Source: an uncultured archaeon (GTDB lineage: Archaea > Asgardarchaeota > Thorarchaeia > Thorarchaeales > CAZPUN01). From it: a stretch of DNA of 32,000 nucleotides. Location of the stretch: positions 1-32,000 of the forward strand of contig CAZPUN010000035.1 in the NCBI GenBank assembly GCA_964589775.1, in the 5' to 3' direction. Made by a program: the position numbers and the translations under genes. This document shows positions 10,461 to 17,458 of this stretch, piece by piece. The notes beneath the pieces were generated by a model. The model had not been told where the DNA came from. It did not search any database and saw only the letters and a list, made by a program, of their open reading frames with translations. Position 1 is the first letter of the stretch; each line of letters opens with the position of its first letter.

Positions 10461-11108
10461 ATGCAAAAATTCAAAGTAATTACAGGGGACAGAGCAATTG
10501 AAGCGATGCGATTACTAAGCGATAAAACAAGAAGACAAATTTTACATCTTTTAAGAGATAAATCTATGACTACCACCGATATTGCAGAGGCATTAGGAAT
10601 CACTGAACAAAATGTAAGATACCATTTATCAAAAATGGAAAGTATAGATTTAGTTGAAATTACTGGACAGCGCCCTTCTGAACGCCCTCATGTTCTTGAA
10701 AACTATTGGAGAGCAACGTCTGAGACTATATATATTAGTATTGGCGAAAATTCAGACATAATAGATCCTACAAAACAGGATCCAATACGTATAATTAAAA
10801 AAGTTTTATCAGAATTACCAAATCAAAAGAATAGTAGTATAGATATAGTAAAAATTTTTGAGAAATATGGTATTATTCAAAAGATCCTTGAGAAAGGCTC
10901 TAAAATTGCAGAACGAATAATAAACAATCATATTAAGGATATTGATCCCATAACTAAAAATACGATAATATCATTGATGAATAAAGTCTTTTTGGATGAA
11001 GAAGATTTCCAACTGATTAAAGATTTAGAAGAAGAAATAATCGAGGAACTCAGAAGTTTTTTTAAGCCAAAAATAATATTATCACAAACTCAGCAAATCA
11101 AAAAATAA
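10461..11108 (+). CDS. ArsR-type wHTH transcriptional regulator with C-terminal helical extension
   Basis: LSDKTRRQILHLL..MTTTDIAEALGIT.QNVRYHLSKM..LV..ENYW. Confidence 0.85.
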   Translation: MQKFKVITGDRAIEAMRLLSDKTRRQILHLLRDKSMTTTDIAEALGITEQNVRYHLSKMESIDLVEITGQRPSERPHVLENYWRATSETIYISIGENSDIIDPTKQDPIRIIKKVLSELPNQKNSSIDIVKIFEKYGIIQKILEKGSKIAERIINNHIKDIDPITKNTIISLMNKVFLDEEDFQLIKDLEEEIIEELRSFFKPKIILSQTQQIKK

Positions 11109-12024
11109 TAAATTTTGATTTATTTATTTTTACTTTCATAAGATCATATGCAACAATGGTATTTTCAAAAATTTCTTTTGCCTCGTTCAGTAAGATTTGA
11201 GGATCTTCATATCGTGGACTAATATGTGTAAGAATTAATAGATTCGCGTTCGATTTCTTAGCAAGTTGTGCAGCATCACTTGCAGTCATATGATAACGTT
11301 CAATAGCTAAAGATCTGTGTGCCTCTGAATACATAGATTCCGAAATAAGAATGTCTGAATTTTGCGCGTAAGATACAAGCTCATCAAAATATGCGGTATC
11401 TCCAGTATACGTAATTTTAAGTGGAGGTGGTGCAGGATCACATATTTGCTCAGGTCGTATTTCATTTCCATTTATAAAAACAGACTCACCTTTTTTGATT
11501 TTGCCCCAAAGATGTCCTTTAGGAATACCATATTCAATTGCCAATTCGGGATGAAATTTACCCATCGGCTTTTTATAGATTAGAGAATAACCAAATCCAG
11601 TAACACTATGCCTAATAGGAAATGCCGTGATAGTGATTTCATCATCTATAAATTTCCAATCTTGATTTATCTCATGAACATAAACATCAAAATTTGGCAT
11701 TAATCCTATGTTTTCACTTTGCGAACGAACATAATTAATTATATTTGGAGGCCCATAAATAGAGATTTTCTGTTTTCGCCCCAATAAAGACATCATGAAT
11801 AAAAGTCCGGGTAGTCCTATGATATGATCCCCATGCATATGTGAAATAAAAATATTCAAATGACGATTTAGTCCAAGCCTTGCCAGTTTATATCTTCGTT
11901 GAACATCTTCGCCAGTATCAAAAAGATATACTTTATTTTTGTAGCGTATTGCAATCGATGGTAAATTACGTGTACGTGTTGGGATACCACCAGAAGTACC
12001 AAGAAATATAATTTCAAATATAAT
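11098..12024 (-). CDS. rnz: Ribonuclease Z (tRNA 3' endonuclease), probable ATT/ATA start
   Basis: Frame extends upstream of the track's start to IIFLGTSGGIPTRTRN and FDTGE; SHMHGDH, exosite GIPKGHLW, YTGDT, HMTA, THISPRY; 308 aa from ATT 12024. Confidence 0.95.
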   Translation of the reverse strand: MIFEIIFLGTSGGIPTRTRNLPSIAIRYKNKVYLFDTGEDVQRRYKLARLGLNRHLNIFISHMHGDHIIGLPGLLFMMSLLGRKQKISIYGPPNIINYVRSQSENIGLMPNFDVYVHEINQDWKFIDDEITITAFPIRHSVTGFGYSLIYKKPMGKFHPELAIEYGIPKGHLWGKIKKGESVFINGNEIRPEQICDPAPPPLKITYTGDTAYFDELVSYAQNSDILISESMYSEAHRSLAIERYHMTASDAAQLAKKSNANLLILTHISPRYEDPQILLNEAKEIFENTIVAYDLMKVKINKSKFIIF

Positions 12025-12035
12025 AAGATACCCCC

Positions 12036-12785
12036 TTAGACAGATCTACTAACATTCCATAGAGAATCAAAGTAATTAGCAGCAATTGCAGCAAACAAAA
12101 TATGGTCACTATATATTGCGAGATAACTATCTGCAGATTCAGATAATATAATCATAGTATATTTGTTATCAATAACAAGACCCCCACCAAAAATTTTACC
12201 CCACAATCGAACTTCCGTATTGGGGGGTAGAACTTTTCGTATTTTATCAGATAGCTCGGTAGTAAGAATCTGCATTTTTATATTCTTTTTACGTGATATT
12301 TTCGAAATTACATCTGAAATTAATTCTTCAGAAATATCAATATTTGGAATCGAAAATTTTATGCTTTCTTCAGCATTTGAAATCATCTCAAATAACTTTA
12401 CAGCTATTGCAGCTTTACCATGCAATATCCAAACATTACGAGTTATTGCTTCACCACTATTTTCGTACAGAGGCTGTAATTCATCAATTATAATTTTACT
12501 ACAGCGATTTAATGTTTCTTCCCAATTATATTTTACAATTTTTACAACTTCAATTGGTGATTTTGCAAGATATCCTGTTGGACGCCCACGATTTATTTGT
12601 ATCCAACCCTTATTTTCTAATCTTCCAAGAACATCATAAATTCTAGAATAGGGAATACCACTTTTAGAGCTAATTTGTGAAGCATTCATTTCACCATATG
12701 TAATTAAGGTAACATATGCAGCAACTTCATAATCTGTAAGACCAAGTGTTTTTAGTGCTTCCAGTGCATCTTTTGAAATAGACAT
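12036..12785 (-). CDS. TrmB-family transcriptional regulator
   Basis: LGLTDYEVAAY, SGIPYSRIYDVL..LE.KGW..GRP..Y N-terminal HTH; PLD-like C-terminal region. Confidence 0.9.
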   Translation of the reverse strand: MSISKDALEALKTLGLTDYEVAAYVTLITYGEMNASQISSKSGIPYSRIYDVLGRLENKGWIQINRGRPTGYLAKSPIEVVKIVKYNWEETLNRCSKIIIDELQPLYENSGEAITRNVWILHGKAAIAVKLFEMISNAEESIKFSIPNIDISEELISDVISKISRKKNIKMQILTTELSDKIRKVLPPNTEVRLWGKIFGGGLVIDNKYTMIILSESADSYLAIYSDHILFAAIAANYFDSLWNVSRSV

Positions 12786-12788
12786 AAT

Positions 12789-13358
12789 TCAAGTCACATC
12801 CACATCTTTTAACCATTTTATTAATTTAGTAAATGCTTTTGTCCTATGTGAAATTTCGACTTTCTGTAATAAATCTAATTCAGCCAAAGTGTATTTCATA
12901 CCCTGTGGAATAAAAATGCTATCATAACCAAAGCCATAAGAACCTCGTTCATCTTCAGCAATTGTACCCTCTAAAACACCCAAAAAGGTTTTACAAATAG
13001 ACTCAGAAATACAAATAGATGCAGATGTAATGAATTTTGCGGACCTATTGGAAATTCCGTTCATCAATTTAAGAATTCCATGACGCCCAATCGTATCTAA
13101 AACGAAATGCGCATAGGGACCTGGAAATCCGTTTAATTCATCAATATATAATCCAGTATCATCAACAATTATTGGTTTTCTTATTTTATCATATGCCTTT
13201 CTTACTGCAAATTCAGAAATTAGTTGTAGTTCAGAATTTTGAATTTCTAATTTTTCGACCTTAGCTTGTTTTAAAACAATCCCAAATCTACTAAATAGAG
13301 GCGATAATTCTTCGATCTTATGTTCATTTGAAGTTGCTAAATATATTTCAGCAATCAT
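12789..13358 (-). CDS. rdgB: Non-canonical purine NTP pyrophosphatase (ITPase, HAM1/RdgB family)
   Basis: ATSNEHK, EIQ, DDTGL..LNGFPGPY, GFGYDSIF, SHR. Confidence 0.95.
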   Translation of the reverse strand: MIAEIYLATSNEHKIEELSPLFSRFGIVLKQAKVEKLEIQNSELQLISEFAVRKAYDKIRKPIIVDDTGLYIDELNGFPGPYAHFVLDTIGRHGILKLMNGISNRSAKFITSASICISESICKTFLGVLEGTIAEDERGSYGFGYDSIFIPQGMKYTLAELDLLQKVEISHRTKAFTKLIKWLKDVDVT

Positions 13359-13409
13359 AATAAATCCCAGAAAAATAATTAATTTTTAACATATAAGAAA
13401 ATCTAAACA

Positions 13410-13451
13410 TACAAAAAAATCAAAAATATAGGGAAGGGGAATACCCCTTTT
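13410..13451 (-). terminator. Hairpin plus U-tract terminator after actin
   Basis: Minus strand AAGGGG-tatt-CCCCTT (13449-13434) followed by T-rich runs. Confidence 0.55.
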
Positions 13452-13462
13452 ATTACTAATCT

Positions 13463-14608
13463 TTAGATACATCTGTGAATGACTTCTGGGCCTTGTTCTT
13501 CGAATTCCTTCTTTGAGACCCACATCTTCTGGAATGTCTTCAGAGAAGCGATAATTGAACCACCAATCCATACAGAGTACTGTCGTTCAGGTGGAGCAAT
13601 AATTCGAACTTCGACATTTTCAGGTACTAATTCGGAAATTTCCTTGTGAAGTCGCTCCTTAAGACCTGGGAACATTGTTGAACCGCCAGACAAGACAATG
13701 TTTGCATAGAGATCTCTTCGTAAGTCGACATCAGTTGCCTTAATCGCATCGACGATTTGTTCATCTAATGGAGCTGTATCAAGACCGATTGCACTTGGGT
13801 TGAAGAACAATTCGGGTGCAAGGAATCGCTCAGCACCAATTGTAATAACTTCACCGTCTGGTAACATGTATGGCTTGTCTACACCAGCTTTGTCTGCAAC
13901 TGTCTTTTCACGGTCTGGATCTAATGCGACATAACACAGTTTTTCCTTAATATCACGTACAATTTCTTTCTCAGCACCACTGACGAAGTTGTAACCTCTC
14001 TGACGGAGTAATCTTCGGAGATATTCGGTAATGTCACGACCTGCAAGATCAATTCTTCGGATTGCGTGTGAAATTGCGAATCCTTCGAAGATAGGGACAA
14101 TGTGAGTTACACCATCACCACTGTCTACAACAAGACCAGTAGTTCGTCCAGATGCGTATAGAGATAGAATTGCCTGAGTTGAGATATATACTGCGGGTAC
14201 ATTGAATTTCTCAAACATCATTGAAGCCATTCTTTCACGATTCTCACGTGGGTTAAATGAAGCTTCAGTTAATAGAACTGGACTTTCACTTGGATCCACT
14301 TTCAAGTCATTGTAGAATGTATATGACCAGATTTTTTCAATGGCTTCCCAATCTTCAATAACACCATGTTCAATTGGATAGATTAGTCTCAACACACCTC
14401 GAAGATTGCTTGCCTCTTCACCAATGTAGTAATCACGAGTATAGTGATCTACATCGGACATAATATGTTCATATCTTGGATATCCAATCAAAGTGGGCCA
14501 AACAGATCTGGGTTGGTCTTCACCAGCAAATCCGTTCTTAGATAAACCAGTTCCATTGTCTAGTACTATTGGCTTTGCGCCTAGATATTCATCCGGGATG
14601 TCTGCCAT
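13463..14608 (-). CDS. Actin, Asgard Lokiactin-type
   Basis: DNGTGLSKNGFAGEDQPRSVWP, YPIEHG, VLLTEA, LSLYASGRTTG, DSGDGVTH, LAGRDIT, EIVRDIKEKLCYVALD, LPDG, LSGGSTMFPG, APPERQYSVWIGGSI; SD GGAGG at 14618-14622. Confidence 0.97.
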   Translation of the reverse strand: MADIPDEYLGAKPIVLDNGTGLSKNGFAGEDQPRSVWPTLIGYPRYEHIMSDVDHYTRDYYIGEEASNLRGVLRLIYPIEHGVIEDWEAIEKIWSYTFYNDLKVDPSESPVLLTEASFNPRENRERMASMMFEKFNVPAVYISTQAILSLYASGRTTGLVVDSGDGVTHIVPIFEGFAISHAIRRIDLAGRDITEYLRRLLRQRGYNFVSGAEKEIVRDIKEKLCYVALDPDREKTVADKAGVDKPYMLPDGEVITIGAERFLAPELFFNPSAIGLDTAPLDEQIVDAIKATDVDLRRDLYANIVLSGGSTMFPGLKERLHKEISELVPENVEVRIIAPPERQYSVWIGGSIIASLKTFQKMWVSKKEFEEQGPEVIHRCI

Positions 14609-14644
14609 CTTTTTATTCCTCCATAATTAACAAGTTTACTGGAT

Positions 14645-14689
14645 CTCAATCATAAGATTGAGCAGAATTCCAATCTCAATATAATGAGA
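14645..14689. promoter_or_regulatory. Two related palindromes in the actin promoter/leader
   Basis: CTCAATC-ataa-GATTGAG (14645-14662) and TCTCA-atataa-TGAGA (14674-14689); ATCTCAAT repeated 30 nt apart; minus-strand TTAAATA at 14695-14701. Confidence 0.45.
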
Positions 14690-14730
14690 AGTTCTATTTA
14701 AGCGTTACCTACATTTTAGGTATTTTTTCT

Positions 14731-14768
14731 CATAAACTATATAAACAATATAGATTATATAGTTTATG
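14731..14768. promoter_or_regulatory. Perfect 14-bp inverted repeat over the TATA box and start codon of the wHTH gene
   Basis: CATAAACTATATAA-N10-TTATATAGTTTATG. Confidence 0.7.
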
Positions 14769-15440
14769 ATTATGATGACAATTATTAATGGAACCAAAAT
14801 AATAACTGAGGAAATTGGTGAAACACCTGCAAGAATGTATATACTAGAGGCGCTTGTTGAAGGTAACAAGAATGGTTCGGAATTAAGGAGGATATTACAG
14901 GAAAAATTGAATAAGACAAAGATAACAGATCCACAATTATATTATAATTTGAATAAATTAGAAAAACATGGAATAATAAAGAGTACGAAAATTTGGAGAG
15001 AGAAAAAATATTCATTAAATCCGATATATATACAACCTGTAAGAGACGTATTGAACATCACAAAACCAAAAATAATTTTCTTTAGCGTTTCAGACCCATC
15101 AGAAGTGCGAAATCGATTAAACAACATACTTAGAAAATACAGCATAAAACCACAGAAGATCTTTTTGATAGCAAAAAAGAGTACATTTAGAGGGGCAAGA
15201 CCAATAAGCAATGTATCACTTATTTTTTTCGATGAATCAACATATGATAAATCATTAAATTTTGCAAGACATGAGATTGAGGACTTAATACTTGCATATA
15301 TAAGCAATTACGAAATAATTTTTGACATCACATATTTTGGAATAGCGACCATAATAGCAATTACAGAATTATGCCTAAAGTATTCAATAAAGTGTTTGAG
15401 ATTCGAAACTGAATTAATCTGGATACAAAATATTAAATAA
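14766..15440 (+). CDS. Winged-helix regulator with C-terminal CARF-like (Csa3-like Rossmann) domain
   Basis: N-term PARMYILEAL..GSEL..LYYNLNKLEKHGII (wHTH); C-term KIIFFSV / KPQKIFLIA / EIIFDITYF pattern. Confidence 0.65.
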   Translation: MIMMTIINGTKIITEEIGETPARMYILEALVEGNKNGSELRRILQEKLNKTKITDPQLYYNLNKLEKHGIIKSTKIWREKKYSLNPIYIQPVRDVLNITKPKIIFFSVSDPSEVRNRLNNILRKYSIKPQKIFLIAKKSTFRGARPISNVSLIFFDESTYDKSLNFARHEIEDLILAYISNYEIIFDITYFGIATIIAITELCLKYSIKCLRFETELIWIQNIK

Positions 15441-15521
15441 AAAAGTATCGAAAACTAAATTAATGTGTAAACAGAAAGAATATGGTGCACGTCCAAACCT
15501 CATATATGGGGGAATAATTAA

Positions 15522-16499
15522 TTGAAAGTAGAATTAATAAATACACAAAAATTCGACAGTAAAATTACATCAATAGATATCATAAAATCAAAGGAAAATA
15601 AAAGTCATTGTATCATAATTGGGTTTGAAAATGGAACAATTGAGATATTTAAGTGGAATATAAAACAATTTGAACCAATTTATAAAAAGCAAACCCATGA
15701 CTTGGTTTTTTCAGTTAATGCTACGGACATTGATATGGACGATAACGAAGAAGCGATAATCACATACATTTCAGGTGATATTAAAGTATTCATGAAAGAT
15801 AAAGCAAATTTAATGGAAATCAGTTCAATTTCTCTTGGATGTACGCCAACCGCCATATGCTTAGCAAATGTTTCAAATGATAAAACAAATGAATTAATAG
15901 TTTCTACACAAGACGGCGCTCTTAGAGCCTATGGCTGGTTTTCAGGATATTTAGATAAATTAGCTCATAAAGTATTAGATAAGCCTATTGATATAATGAA
16001 ACCAATTAAATCTTACACACAGAGATATTCGCGCATTTTAACTAGCCAAGAAAATATAATTAAAGCATATGTTTATGCAGATGATAGACTACATGAGATA
16101 TATTCAATTAGTTTAGATGATGCTATAAAAGAAATGGAGATCGGCGATTTAGATCATGACCGAACAACAGAAGTAATTATATTAGATACAAAAAATAATT
16201 TGAAAATATATAAGCAAATTCAGAAAGGCTTGGATTTAGTGTCTACTCTAAAATTGGATAAAAATTTTGAACGCATGAATATAATTAATTATAAAGGCCA
16301 GGACTATCTTTTATTATCAAAAGAAGATAACGCATCGATTTGTAAAATAAATAATAACAAAATTGAGCCTATATTAAAATTTAAAATAAAAAACCATTAT
16401 GAGCGAACGTTATTTACAACAATGGATGTGGATGATAATACAAAAATTCTAATACATACGATAGACAACATTATGGAGATATTTAAAATAAAGGATTAA
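15522..16499 (+). CDS. Cytoplasmic beta-propeller with FG-GAP/VCBS-like repeats
   Basis: Repeats DIDMDDNEEAII, NVSNDKTNELIV, GDLDHDRTTEVII, each followed by a G/N-x-I/L-x-x-Y/F strand; no signal peptide or TM. Confidence 0.7.
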   Translation: MKVELINTQKFDSKITSIDIIKSKENKSHCIIIGFENGTIEIFKWNIKQFEPIYKKQTHDLVFSVNATDIDMDDNEEAIITYISGDIKVFMKDKANLMEISSISLGCTPTAICLANVSNDKTNELIVSTQDGALRAYGWFSGYLDKLAHKVLDKPIDIMKPIKSYTQRYSRILTSQENIIKAYVYADDRLHEIYSISLDDAIKEMEIGDLDHDRTTEVIILDTKNNLKIYKQIQKGLDLVSTLKLDKNFERMNIINYKGQDYLLLSKEDNASICKINNNKIEPILKFKIKNHYERTLFTTMDVDDNTKILIHTIDNIMEIFKIKD

Positions 16500-17368
16500 G
16501 AGGGAAATTCAGAATCCTCTTCTGAAATAGATCTAAATACACTATTTTCATTATGATTTATTACAGATTTAACCTCAGATAATACGAGTGGAGTATTATT
16601 TAAGAACAGCTCAAATTCCACATAAGGTTTAAGACCTGAAGTCTCCAATTTTTTACCCAAAACTTGCTCAACTTGGAATACACCAGCAGGGTTTTCCATT
16701 TCGATATGAATACAGACAGGACTGTTCTTACCTTCAACAATTTCGACTGTTTTTATAGCTAATGCGCTTATACTATGAATATCGATCTTACCCTTTGATG
16801 CGGGCAACCTACTACGTCCTTCAGTTAAGTCGCAGCCGTCCCCGACTTTGACTGCCCCGGCTTCAATTGTTAGACAGGGAATCTCGTCATCATGCGACAT
16901 AATTCCATGTAATATTAGACTGAAAATATCAGTGCGCTTTTGAAGATCATCAGGATACAAGTCATTGACAACTTTCTCTATGAAATCTTTTCCGAAAATT
17001 GCAGAATATGAGGGATGCCAAATTCTATGAACAATATGGCCAATATCATGCAAAAATGCAGAAGTGACAACAACAACGAGGGAATCATCTAAAGACCCAA
17101 TTCCTTCAGATACTACATTTGGCGAAATATGTTTAGATAGCGTTTTAAGAACCTTTATCGCATTTAAGGTTGCAATATGGGCATGTACAATACCATGATC
17201 ATTATAAGATAGACGATCTACTGCCATACGATTTCCAGATATGTAATAAGCATTTAATTTTTCATCAGATGATAACAGATTAAATGCGCGAATAGCCTTT
17301 GGAAAATCCTTAAGTTCATCTAGTATTTTTTTTCTATATTTTAATACGAATTTTGATGACACAATCAA
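16496..17368 (-). CDS. HD-domain phosphohydrolase (archaeal family)
   Basis: RLSYNDHGIVH, LHDIGH..HR..H, SHD, KVGDGCD..EGRSR, IHSISA. Confidence 0.88.
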   Translation of the reverse strand: MIVSSKFVLKYRKKILDELKDFPKAIRAFNLLSSDEKLNAYYISGNRMAVDRLSYNDHGIVHAHIATLNAIKVLKTLSKHISPNVVSEGIGSLDDSLVVVVTSAFLHDIGHIVHRIWHPSYSAIFGKDFIEKVVNDLYPDDLQKRTDIFSLILHGIMSHDDEIPCLTIEAGAVKVGDGCDLTEGRSRLPASKGKIDIHSISALAIKTVEIVEGKNSPVCIHIEMENPAGVFQVEQVLGKKLETSGLKPYVEFELFLNNTPLVLSEVKSVINHNENSVFRSISEEDSEFPS

Positions 17369-17458
17369 TAGCCTCCCTATAAGGACAAAAATCTATGTAA
17401 AAAAATATTATAAATTTTCCTAATTAATAAATAAAAAATAAAAAGAAGTAAAGAAGGA

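Noticed and set aside
13386-13571. 61-aa ORF overlapping the actin 3' end
   Set aside because: Alternative frame of actin running into the terminator; no supporting features
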